DNA of 64,000 nucleotides. Origin: a virus. A program made the translations under genes and the position numbers. A model generated the notes under the pieces. It was not told the DNA's origin, made no database searches, and worked only from the letters and a program-made list of their open reading frames with translations. Below, piece by piece: positions 9,916 through 20,800 of this stretch; within the stretch, counting starts at the first letter, position 1, and the number at the start of each line of letters is the position of its first letter. The stretch is taken from positions 1 to 64,000 of the IMG/VR virus record IMGVR_UViG_3300043571_000313; one strand, written 5' to 3'.

Positions 9916-10125
9916 ATGACTGCGGCCGAACTCAAAGTAATGCTGGAAAACGAGCTTAACCAGCTCACCCAACTTCACGATGGGGCCTCAAAAGAGGCGG
10001 CTGTATTGGAAGCCAAGCTCAAGCATGCCGGGCTAAACGCCGCCTTTTTCATGGGGCGCATGAGCCAGCTTCAGCAGACGATCAGCCAAGTGGGAATGAT
10101 CCAGCCACAACCACAGCAAGAATGA
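9916..10125 (+). CDS. small coiled-coil hypothetical protein
   Basis: 69 aa heptad-like; coupled to next gene. Confidence 0.5.
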   Translation: MTAAELKVMLENELNQLTQLHDGASKEAAVLEAKLKHAGLNAAFFMGRMSQLQQTISQVGMIQPQPQQE

Positions 10126-10739
10126 TGCTTTCCGAAAAGTCCTTCATGGTGGTCGACGACTTCTGCCCGGCGATCGACGACGTTCGCAATTCCGCCCTCG
10201 CCGCCGGATTCGGGACATGGCGACCCAGCAAGGGCGAAGTCGGGAGCTCCATCTACGAGGGCATGTGCTTCTGGGGGGATCACAGCTACATGCTGCACTC
10301 GCTTTCGCGCGCCGTCGGCAAGCCAGTCTTCCCGAACACGATGTTCTTCCGCGTCACGAACAAGACGACCGAGAAGGCCTACGTGCACAGCGACCGCGAG
10401 ACGGGTTCGTTTACCTGCGTCGCCTATCTCTCGCAGCACTCCTGCACGAAGAGCGGCACCGGGTTCTTCCGCCACAGGCGCACCGGCCTGGTCGAGATGC
10501 CCGCGTTCAATCAGCTCCGCGACATGGGTGCCAAGGGAGAGAAGCTGAAGCGCGACATGGTTCGCGGATCTAGCCGCGATTGGGAGCAGCTGGACTTCGT
10601 GCGCGGCGTTTACAACCGAGCCCTCATTTTTCGAGCACCGCTATTTCACGCGCGCCGCCCGCGCAATGGCATCGGAACGACCGCCGAAGACGGTCGCATT
10701 GTCTGGGTGAGCCACTTCGAAGTGGAGGAGATCGCTTAA
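10122..10739 (+). CDS. 2OG-Fe(II) oxygenase-like protein (DUF6445-like)
   Basis: VVDDF start, HxD (VHSD), VAYLS, GTGFFRH, YNRALIF...FH and a distal R: the HxD...H triad. Confidence 0.7.
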   Translation: MMLSEKSFMVVDDFCPAIDDVRNSALAAGFGTWRPSKGEVGSSIYEGMCFWGDHSYMLHSLSRAVGKPVFPNTMFFRVTNKTTEKAYVHSDRETGSFTCVAYLSQHSCTKSGTGFFRHRRTGLVEMPAFNQLRDMGAKGEKLKRDMVRGSSRDWEQLDFVRGVYNRALIFRAPLFHARRPRNGIGTTAEDGRIVWVSHFEVEEIA

Positions 10740-10740
10740 C

Positions 10741-11073
10741 ATGGCTGAAGTCTGGGGAGCAGCACTCGGAGCAGCGGTAATCGGCGGCGGCATCACGCTA
10801 ATCGGCGCCAACAAGCAGGCGAAAGCCGACGCCGCCGCGCGCGCCGAGAACAGCGCAGCGCAGGCCGAAAGCGAACGCCAGAATTGGGTTCGCTACCTGA
10901 TGACGCGCGGCATCACGCCGTCCGCCGACACTCAAACCGGAGTCGTCCCTGGCGCCACGCCGGGAGCTCCGATCAACACCAAGCTGCCGGTCTGGGCCAA
11001 GGTGGTGACACCTTCCGTCCCGATGGCTGGAGCGCGGCCGTCCGTGCCGTTCCTCATCAAGAAAGGCGGGTAA
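10741..11073 (+). CDS. putative small internal virion/ejection protein
   Basis: Gly/Ala-rich hydrophobic N-terminus followed by an Ala/Gln helix. Confidence 0.5.
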   Translation: MAEVWGAALGAAVIGGGITLIGANKQAKADAAARAENSAAQAESERQNWVRYLMTRGITPSADTQTGVVPGATPGAPINTKLPVWAKVVTPSVPMAGARPSVPFLIKKGG

Positions 11074-11075
11074 CC

Positions 11076-12737
11076 GTGGACTACGAGACAGTACTTCAGC
11101 AGCACCAGACGCTATTCCCGGGCGCAGACTACTCGCGCCCCGAGACAGTTGAGGCGTTCAATAAGTGGTGGGGTCAGATCGAGGCGCTTCCTCCGGGCGT
11201 GTGGGATGCCGCCTACAAGCTCATGGCCGAGAAGCCGGACCAGCGCGTCGCGTTCGTTCGCGACTACGGCGCCGATCTGAACAAGTGGCTCGATGGCGTC
11301 GTTGGCTGGTGGAGCGAGAACGGCTCCACTGTAGGCGGAAACATCAACGAGTATGGCACGGAGATCGGCTTGCTCGACGCTCTTGGGTATCAGGTCAACC
11401 CTGACGCAGTCCCGGCGCGCACCCTCGACCCGAACAATCCGAAGGCAGTCGCGCTCGAGCAAGACATTCTCAACACGATCATCAAGGACTACATCAACCC
11501 GGACCTTGAAGCCGACAAGAATCGGCGCGGTGAGGCAGACAAGATCGTCACCGACATCACCGGCGCGCTCGACAATGCGCTGAAGATCAACGACGAGATC
11601 CTTTCTGGCACCTTCGACTCCAAGGGTTACCTCACCCGCAACCCGGATGTTTCCGCGTGGGCGGCGCAGGCGGTTGCCGGCGGTCAGTATCCCGACCTCG
11701 CGAGCGCGGCGAAGGGGCACTACGACTTGTTTGGGAAGAAGGAGGGCAGGACTTCAACGAACGTCACTCGGCTCCAGCTTGAGAACGAGATGGCTGACGG
11801 GACCGCCGCCAGCCTCGCAAAGTCCGCAGAGAGCGCGGCCAAGATCCGATTGGATGGGCTCGACAAGCGCAAAGAGGAGATGACCGCAGCCCTTGCGGGA
11901 ATGCAGACAGATCGCAGCGGTGCGCTCGATGCGCAGACCGCGCAGCTCCGTGACGGTCTTGCCCTGCTGGAGACCGAGCGCAAGGCCGCCCTCGAACAGC
12001 TCACCAGTGCTCGCGTTGCCGCCGCCAACGCGGAAGTTACAGGCATCAATCAGGCGCTCCAGTCAGAGCGTGACCGCATCGTTGGGCGCGCTGCCGAAAA
12101 GGGATACATCGGCGCGAGCACAATGGAGGATACAGCCTTGGCTCGCGCATCCATGGGCGCACGCCAAGTTGCCGCGCAGACCATGGGCAACGCGCGTGTC
12201 GCAAACGCGACCGACTCGCGCGGGCTCGGCGACGAAATCGCCGGCACCCGGTTTGCGATCACTGGCAACGACGCAACGTCTCGGCGCGAAATTGCAGATG
12301 AAGGTGCGACCGGCCGGTTCAATTTGGCTGACTCCATCTCGCAGGGCAGGCTTGGGGTCGCCGATACACTGGCGGGCCAGAAGCAAGATGCGACTGACGC
12401 AGGCACGAAGATGCGCCTCGGCTACTTCGACAACGACTTCACCCGCCGGCTGGGTGCAGCGCTCGTGCCGGTCACAATCGGCACGAACAAACTCTCCCTC
12501 CTCGACGCATCAGGTCAGGCGGGTTCGACCGGGATGAATCGCGCGCTGAACTTCCTGAACTTTTTCTCCACCGGCGGAACCCCGCCCACGTCTAATCCGA
12601 CCAACACCGCCGCGTCTCGAGTCGGCACCGACATGGCCGCCTTCGGCGCCGCGCTCACGAAGGCTGGCTTCAATGTGGGTAACACAGTGGGCTGGGGAAA
12701 ACCCAAGGTCGACCCGAGCACCAACAAGGACGCATAA
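11076..12737 (+). CDS. putative internal virion/ejection protein
   Basis: Start moved to GTG 11076; Ala-rich coiled coil; contains YLTRNPDV...A..HY..FG.KEGR motif. Confidence 0.55.
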   Translation: MDYETVLQQHQTLFPGADYSRPETVEAFNKWWGQIEALPPGVWDAAYKLMAEKPDQRVAFVRDYGADLNKWLDGVVGWWSENGSTVGGNINEYGTEIGLLDALGYQVNPDAVPARTLDPNNPKAVALEQDILNTIIKDYINPDLEADKNRRGEADKIVTDITGALDNALKINDEILSGTFDSKGYLTRNPDVSAWAAQAVAGGQYPDLASAAKGHYDLFGKKEGRTSTNVTRLQLENEMADGTAASLAKSAESAAKIRLDGLDKRKEEMTAALAGMQTDRSGALDAQTAQLRDGLALLETERKAALEQLTSARVAAANAEVTGINQALQSERDRIVGRAAEKGYIGASTMEDTALARASMGARQVAAQTMGNARVANATDSRGLGDEIAGTRFAITGNDATSRREIADEGATGRFNLADSISQGRLGVADTLAGQKQDATDAGTKMRLGYFDNDFTRRLGAALVPVTIGTNKLSLLDASGQAGSTGMNRALNFLNFFSTGGTPPTSNPTNTAASRVGTDMAAFGAALTKAGFNVGNTVGWGKPKVDPSTNKDA

Positions 12738-12740
12738 CCC

Positions 12741-14378
12741 ATGGCAACCGGACCACTAGCACTTCTCGGTGATGCAATCGCTTCCGGCACGGGAGACTGG
12801 GCCGCGATGGAGCGTGCGCGGAAGGAGCGCGAGCTCGCGCGGAGCGAGCGCGTTGCTGACGTGGCAGCCGAGCGCCAGTTCCAGACGGGTCGGGATGCCG
12901 CGCAGCAGACATTCATGACGCAGCAGGCGAATGCGGCGCGCGATTTCGAAAGGAAACAGACGAGTGATGCGCAGGCCCGAGAGGAGCGGCTTTACAATGC
13001 GCGCTTCCTTGACTCGGTGAAGATCGACCTTATCCGGCAGGGGCTACTCGATCCTCGCAACGCCGATAAGGCCGAGGCAATCGCGCTGGCGATGAAGAAA
13101 GCTGGGCCTGAGTACGAGCGCGCGGTTCAAGAGTTGGCCGGATACCGCACCGCCATCCTGCGCGGCGAAATTAGCGTGCCTGGCGTCGAAAGCGTGCTAG
13201 AGATGGGGCCTGAACGCATCTTCGAAGCGCGGGAGATCATGGCTTCTGCGGCAGGCACGCTGGCGACCCGCTCCGATGCCGACCGCACGAACATCGAGCG
13301 CGGGCAGGGCAACGTTGCTGGAATGGTGGCACGCGCCAGTGCTGACCTTACAGCCCTCAGCGGAGAGCGCTCGACGCTCAATGCGGAAATGGCGCGCCTC
13401 AATAGCGGGCAGTTCAGCCCGCAAGAGGCCGAAGAGATTCGGCAGCTGACGATTGCCGAAGCTGCAAAGTCCGGCATCACAGCCAAGAACTTTAACGACC
13501 GCAAGAATGCCGAGGCCGTCGCCGCTGCGCGCCAAAAGGCGATTCAGCAGTTTGTCATGACAAAGGGGTTCGGCATTCAGCAGGCCCTCGTTGAGAACAA
13601 TCGCCGGTACAGCGAGGCCAATGAGGCGCTCGGAATCGCCAGCCGTATCAATCCCGCCATCGCCGGCCGCACGCCTGCTGCGCCAGGCGCACTCGGCGCA
13701 GGCGCGGGTCCAGCCGCCGGCACAGCCTCCCGGCCCGCTCGGCCGGCCGCTGCAACCACGCTCGACGCAAAGACCTTCCTTGATCAGCAAGGTCCAGCCG
13801 CCGGTGCTGCAGCTCCGGCCGGCGCAGCTGCGCCGGCCGCGCTCTCGACTGGTGGTGGCACCCCCGCCGCCGCGCCCGCGAAGCCCGCTGTCGTCGGCGC
13901 GAGCGACGACGCCACATTCCTCGATGTTGGGGAGCCGACCGCCGGTGCCACCGACTCCTACGGTGGTGTCATTGGCGCCTTGTCCAGCCTGCTTCCAAGC
14001 AGGCAGGGCATCACGAATGCGATGAACACCCTGGGCAATGCCGTCGCGGGCGCCCCCGTGGCAGCTGCAAGAGTCATGGGGGGAGAGAAGGCCGCCCGCG
14101 AGGTTACCGCTGACATCGATCGGCTTTCGACGGCTATTCGAAAAGGCGGCGTCGTCCCGTCGCGCGATCCGTCGCGCGTGCCACCCGCCCTGCTCCCGAG
14201 TCCGGTCAACACCTACTCCGATGCGCAGGTGCGCGCCGCCGAGGACGAGATCCTATTGCGCCTGCCGTACTCGGTGCAAGCTGCCGGGATCCGCAGGAAG
14301 CGGGCGATGTCCCCGGAGGTCCCGCAGTCCACTGCTCCATACGGCGCGGGCGCGGTGCCGCCCGTATTCGGCCGCTGA
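12741..14378 (+). CDS. putative internal virion/ejection protein
   Basis: 545 aa, helical, Ala/Arg-rich with a Pro/Ala linker; lies before the giant virion gene. Confidence 0.5.
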   Translation: MATGPLALLGDAIASGTGDWAAMERARKERELARSERVADVAAERQFQTGRDAAQQTFMTQQANAARDFERKQTSDAQAREERLYNARFLDSVKIDLIRQGLLDPRNADKAEAIALAMKKAGPEYERAVQELAGYRTAILRGEISVPGVESVLEMGPERIFEAREIMASAAGTLATRSDADRTNIERGQGNVAGMVARASADLTALSGERSTLNAEMARLNSGQFSPQEAEEIRQLTIAEAAKSGITAKNFNDRKNAEAVAAARQKAIQQFVMTKGFGIQQALVENNRRYSEANEALGIASRINPAIAGRTPAAPGALGAGAGPAAGTASRPARPAAATTLDAKTFLDQQGPAAGAAAPAGAAAPAALSTGGGTPAAAPAKPAVVGASDDATFLDVGEPTAGATDSYGGVIGALSSLLPSRQGITNAMNTLGNAVAGAPVAAARVMGGEKAAREVTADIDRLSTAIRKGGVVPSRDPSRVPPALLPSPVNTYSDAQVRAAEDEILLRLPYSVQAAGIRRKRAMSPEVPQSTAPYGAGAVPPVFGR

Positions 14379-14387
14379 TATTCCGCC

Positions 14388-14828
14388 ATGCCGTCGCTCA
14401 ACAAAGTCATGCTCATGGGCAATCTCACCCGAGATCCCGAGCTCCGCGTTACCCCCAAGGGCACCGCCATCTGCCAGTTCTCACTGGCCATTAACCGCGA
14501 GTTCAAACTCGAGTCGGGCGAGAAGCGCGACGAGGTTGTCTTCGTTGACGTCGAGGCATGGGGTAAGGCGGGCGAGACCGTCGCGAAGTACCTCACCAAG
14601 GGGAAGCCGCTGTTCGTCGAGGGCCGGCTGAAGCTGGAGCAGTGGGAAGACAAAAAGACCGGCGAGAAGCGCAGCCGCATGAAGGTCGTGCTTGAACAAT
14701 TTCAGTTCATTGGCGTCCGAGAGAACGCAGGCGGTGGCGAGCAGCAGTCCGGCGGCGAACAGCACGCGCCGGCTCCCGCCTCCAAGCCAGCGTCGCAGGA
14801 CAACCTCGATGAGGACATGCCATTCTGA
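14388..14828 (+). CDS. ssb: single-stranded DNA-binding protein
   Basis: LNKVMLMGNLTRDPELR, KGKPLFVEGRL, WEDK and acidic tail DEDMPF. Confidence 0.97.
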   Translation: MPSLNKVMLMGNLTRDPELRVTPKGTAICQFSLAINREFKLESGEKRDEVVFVDVEAWGKAGETVAKYLTKGKPLFVEGRLKLEQWEDKKTGEKRSRMKVVLEQFQFIGVRENAGGGEQQSGGEQHAPAPASKPASQDNLDEDMPF

Positions 14829-17800
14829 TGTCTGGCTCAACGAACTCTCTTGTCCAAGGGTACAGGGCGTACCTTGAACGCAGCGGCAAGGTTGACCTCC
14901 GCACCGACACCGAGCTCACGGTCGAGCTCGGTGACCTCCTGCGCTCAAAGGGCAACGATGCCTTTGATCTGAAGGCGTCGGAGTATCCCGACTTCCGCGA
15001 GCAGTACCTCACAGCCACGCAGTCGACGGATCGGGGTGTGATCGGTGAGGTCGCGGCCGGCGCGCGGCGCGGTGCGCGCAGCCTGGCAGGGACGGCGATG
15101 GGTGCCGTCGCACTCGGCCTCGATGCCGTGGGTGCGAACGAGACCGCGAAGAGTCTGGCCACGAAGGCCGAGGAGTTCGCTTCCGGCGGCGAAGACAATG
15201 CGGCCACCGTCGGCCGGATGAAGGACGTCATAGACGTCGAGGGCGGCGTGCGGTACGCCGCCGGCAAGATCGGCGAGGCGGTTCCGTCCATCGCTGAAGC
15301 CCTCGTCACTGCCACGATCGGCGCGACGGCTGGCACGGCGGCGGCACCCGGACCCGGCACAGCAGGCGGTGCAGCCGCAGGCTTCATCGGCAAGCAGGCC
15401 GTGAAGCAAATGATTCGCAAAGGCGTCGCGACACGAATCCTCGGAAAAGATGTTACGGAAGCCGCTCTCGAGACAGCGCTCAAGGATGCTGCCAATGCCA
15501 CGCTGCGCACCGCGTTCGTGAACGAGAGCCGCGCGCTCGCCGCGCGCATGGGTGCCGGCGCCGTCGGCGCGATCAACTCCCTCGGCCTTTCGTCGGGCGA
15601 AATCTACAACGAGACCGGCGACGTTGCCACGTCGCTCGGTGCTGGCGCCATCGCCGCGATCCCTGACACGATCCTGCCGACCTACATCGTAGGGAAGTTC
15701 TTCCGGGGTGCCGCCAGTGCTGACGACGTGGCGCGAGCGGGCGGTTTCATGAAGCGGCTCGCCACCGAGGCCGCGAAGACCATGCCGATCGAGGCCGGCA
15801 CCGAAGCATTTCAGGAACTCGTCAACATCGCTGCCGTCAAGTTCAACAAGGGCGAGCCAGCCACCCTCGATGCGGCCGACCTCGAGCGCATCAAGGAAGC
15901 GGCGGTGGGTGGATTGGCTGGCGGTTTGGTGGGAGCGCCCATCGCTGCGGCGCCCGCGCCAAACGCCGCCATCGAAGCCCGGCGTGCGGCGGCAACCGGC
16001 ACGACACCCCCGCCGCCCGGCACACCTGTTACGCCGCCGCCGCCCCCGGCGCCCAAGACTCCGACGCGCGGCGAGGTTGTGGCGAAGTGGGTCGCGGCTG
16101 CGCCAGACCTACAGGATGCCCGGATCAACGCGCTGCTGCGCGTCACCCGCACCAAGGACGAGGATCAGGAACTCGAAGTCCTGAATGCGCTCGTGTCCCA
16201 GCGGCCGCCGGCCGTCGCCGCCACTGCGACGCCGCCGCCACCCGCTCCTTCGCCCGCATCAACTGCAACCCCTGCGCCGGCCGCATCAAATTGGCTGACC
16301 GAACAAATAGATCGCGATGCTGCGACTGCCGACCGCTTGGGCTGGACTCAGAAGATCGGCGACATGGCGGCACAGCGGATGACGGCTCGCCAGATTCGGG
16401 ATGCGCTACCGTACCGCGAGAACGGCATCGACCAGATGGACGCGATGAGCATTGTGCTTTCCGCTAGGAATAAGCTGAAAATTCCATCGCAGGAAGAGCG
16501 AGTAGAATTTGAGGAATGGATTAAGGCTAGGCAGCAAACCGCTTCCGCGCCTGCCGCAAGCATGGGCACACCACCGGCCGCGCCGGCACCTAGTGCAGTG
16601 GGCGCGGCCGGTGCAACGGTGACGCCGCTGGTGTCGGCACCCACCCCGCCGCCCCCGCCGCCGGTTGTCGCCCCCGCCCCGGCGCCAAAGCCGCCGACGG
16701 CCGCCGAGCTCACTGACCGGATCAACTCCGCGAACCGCCGGTTCGGGACCATCATCAGCCGTGTCCCGACGCTGGACTTTGCGGCGGCGAAGACCGCGCT
16801 CGAAGCCATCAGCACGTCGCCGACGGACCTCGCGAACGCGGTCCAAAAGTTTGAGGCGTCCGTCGAAACTCTCGAAACGCTCGCAGTCGCCGAGGCTGCG
16901 AAGATCGCAGCGGGCACCGCGCAGAAGCGGCAGGAGGTTGCCACGTCCCGGGCGAAGAACCTTGCCGAAAAGCTGGATGCGCAGGTTGCCGCCGCCGCCG
17001 ACCGCGCGCGCAAGCGCGCCGAGAAGAACGCGAAGATTCTGGCGAAGGAAGCCGAGGCGCCTGCGCCTCCCGCACCGGCGCCTCCGGGTTTCCGCTTGGC
17101 CACAGATCAGGAGATGAGCCTGCCTCTTCCATTGGAGGGTCAGTTTGTGCAGACGGCGAGCGGCGTCATATTTCGTGAGGGAGAGCAACCCGTGGGCGAG
17201 GCGGTCCAGCCGGTAAGAGTCGCGGTTTATCAGAAAGGCGAAAGGTTCCTCACGCAGAGACAGTATGAGGCTGAAGACGTCGCTCCGGTGGCGGAACCCG
17301 TCGTCACCCCGACCGTTCCTGCCCCCGCCGATTTACGAGCCGAGCAGGACGAGGCTGAGAGCGAAGATGATGCCGCCGCGACCGAGCAAATGCGCGCCAT
17401 GGGTCGCTTCGCCGACGCGCTGCTTGCCAAGCAAGGCAAAAAAGCCGCCGAGGTGGTGCCGCCCCCCACCCCCGCCGACGACCTCAAAACCCGCCTCGAT
17501 GCCGTGCTCAACCCTCCTGTCGAGGTGGCGCCGCTGTCGTTCGGCAAGATCGCGGCGATGGATTCGGAGCTGAATACTCAAGGCGCATCAGACAACTCGG
17601 GCACGCGCACGAAGTCGCGCGTCGCTTACGCAATCCGCGACGATCGCGACACGTCGATCCCGGAGGATCAGCGTCCGGTCTATCTCAAGGGCACCGTCGA
17701 CTACTCGAAGGCTGAGGGGCTGCTGCGCGTTGGTCCCGGAGCAACGAAGGGCGTCGGTAAGGCGGTCTTTGCCATGGGTAAGAATCGCGGCAAGCCAGCC

Positions 17801-20800
17801 GAGCGAACCAAGACCATTGAGCCTGGCGGATCGCAACAGGTACTACTTGAGGATCTGGCGAAGGCGGGATTCGTGCCGTACTTGAGGATCGTTTTCGACG
17901 GCGAGCCGGCCGCCATCAGCCGCCACTTCGCCAACATGGCGGAACTGGATGCGGCTATCGCCAAGACCGAGAAGGTGCCCGCTGCCACGACCGCTGTGAA
18001 TGTGGCTGCTGGGCGCAGCACCCTGCGCTCTGACATCATCACAACGGGAGACGCGGCAATGACTGTCGCCGAATCCGCGCTCGCCCCCGAGGACGCGGCG
18101 AACGAGCAGTCGCCGGCTGCTGCGCTGGCAGAGGCGATGACAAAGGTGATGGACGGCATGACCACCACCATGCTCGACAGCATCGTTCGCCGCGCCGCGA
18201 AGGCGAAGGCCTCGATCGAGGCGACGATCGAGGGCATGCCTGCATTCGGCCGGGAGCTGCTGAAGAAGGTGATGGTCGAGACCGATGCCACCCCGGCGAT
18301 GGTTGTTACCTACGTTCGAAGCTCACTGCCGGCCGACACTGAGATCCCGGCTGGCCCGGGAACCTTTTCGCTCGATGCCAAGAAGGCCACGACATCGAAG
18401 ACGACCGCAGCACCCGCGCTCAAGGGGTTCGACAAGGTGCCGCTGGCGGCGCTCGAAAAGCTGTATGAGGTCATCACCCGCTCGCCCAAGAACCTCGACG
18501 GAAACTTCGACGGCAAGGAGCTTTCGTCCGGCTGGCTTGATCGACTCAATATCCTGTTCGAGCGGACGGGCATGGCGTCATTCGATGAGTTCGTCGCCAC
18601 GCTGGACAAGTTGTCCAAGGCGGCGAAGTCGCCGACCCAGTTCGCGGCTGCGCTCAAGGGCAAGCCGATGTATGAGAGTCAGGAGTTCACCGTCCCGCTC
18701 CCGCCGGTCGGCCACTTCGAGGCGCTGGTGCAGCGTCTCCGCAACAACGGCTTCGATGTCGAGGTGATCCAGCGCGAGCTGGGCATGACGCTCGCCGGCA
18801 TGTATCGCGGCGGGAAAATCTTCGTCGCGCTGGAGGACATGGCCAACGCCAACCTCGCCGGTCTTCGGCGCCTGATTCACGAGGCTGGCCACGCGGTCAT
18901 CGACCAGGAGTCCATGCAGACGCGCGAGGATCTGCAGCGTGCGGTTGAGAGCACGATGAGCGAGGCCGACAACGGCGCGATCTTCAAGGCGGCGCTGAAC
19001 GCCGGCAAGGACTGGGAGGAAATGCTGGTCGACACTACCGCGATCAAGCTGGCCGAGGAAGGCTTCGGCGAGAAGTCAGCCACCATTGCCGAGGCGATCT
19101 GGCGGACGGTGAAGGACGTTTACTACCGGGTGGGCATGGCGATGCTGCGCGCGCTGGGCGTCGATCCGTCGCCGGAAAGTGTCCTTGCGTGGTGGGACAA
19201 TAACATGCGGCGCCACCTGGGCGGCGACTTCGACTTCCGATTCACAGACCTCTTCCGCCCACACGTTGAGCGCAACGCCGAGCGCGTCTCCCGCTTCACC
19301 ATCGCCGACGGGCAAGACATTCCCGACCTCCTCGATCCTATCACCGGCCGCGTGACGCAGGCCGAGGTAGTGCCGGACACCGTCGAGGCAGCGGAGTGGA
19401 ACCTCAAGTTCATGAAGGATGGCGTGGCCGGCGCGGACATGGACTACACCGAAGCCATGGCGCGGGTCACGGCGGCGGCATGGAACGAGGCGATGCCCGT
19501 GATCCAGCGGCTCAAGGCAGAGCTCCTGCCGGCCGGGACGGATGATCAGTTCTGGGCCATCTTTTCCCCATCGAAGGACACTCCGCAGAAAATCGTTGAG
19601 GAGATGGAGAAGCGGGTGCCCGGCGCAGCGACGGCAAAGGTCGGTGGTGAGAAGATGACCGATGCGATGAACTCTCGCGCGCGTGCGAAAGCGTTCCGCA
19701 TCATCACCGGACTTGCTCGAGCAGCCCGCAAGCGCGCGGCCGGCAGCGAAGCAGCCATCACCCGCGAGTCGGACGCGATCGTTGCCAAGGCGGAACAGCT
19801 AAACCGTGCCGACCGCGAGCTCCGCGACGCGACCGCAATGGATGCTGTTTTCAACGACGCGCTGCGCGACCTCATCAAGGAACTCTCGGTCGGCATCGAC
19901 AGCGGACCCGACACTGCTTTTGCGGCCGGCAAGCTGGCGGGCGCCATCCGCGAGATCGAGCGGCTGACAGACAAGGACGCGATCCCCGCCGAGTACCAGA
20001 ACGTTTTCAAGCGGCTACTCGACAGCGGCGGCGTGTCGGTCTTCGACTACCTGAGCGCCATCGCCCGCCTGAAGCTGCCTCTCGGCAGCATGAAGGTGCC
20101 GGACATCATGAAGGCGATCAGCGAGAACGCTGCTTCCGACTCCCGCCTTGCTTCGCTCAACGATCAACGCCCCCTCGCCGTCGCGCTCTCCACCCTGGCG
20201 CGCAACTCGACGCGCGAGATGGACCTCCTTCAACTGCGCTCACTCAAGGACGCTGCCGAATACACTTCGATCCGCGCCGAGCTGGACGAGATCCAAGTAG
20301 CCAACGAAACCCGCCTCGAGGAAATCGCCAAGGGGATCGACGCCAAGGCCGAGAGTCTGAGTCTGCGGGACCGGCTGAAGCAGGCATACGTTGAGGCACG
20401 CCGGGATTTCAACCGCTCGCGCAAAACAATCCAGCGCCAGCAGGAGTTGGTCATCCAACGCAAGCGCTTTGCCGACGTCATGGAGGAGCGCGCCACGGAG
20501 CTATCCCGCGACGTGGGATCGTTCTCGTTTTGGGAGGCGCACGACGGCGCTCAATACCGGGCGATGACCCGGGGTGACGACGGCAAGTGGACGGCAACCG
20601 AGCGCACGCTGCGCATGGTGGGCGATGAGATTACTGAACAGCACGAGCAGGTTTCGCACGACATGGCGATGAACCGGCTTTGGCTGAACATGCACAAGGA
20701 TCAGGCTGGCTCCCGCCTCTATGAAGAGGTGAAGCGCCAGACATGGGAACTCACCAAGCTCGACTTCGCCAAGAACTATGAGGCGGCGACACGCTTCCGC

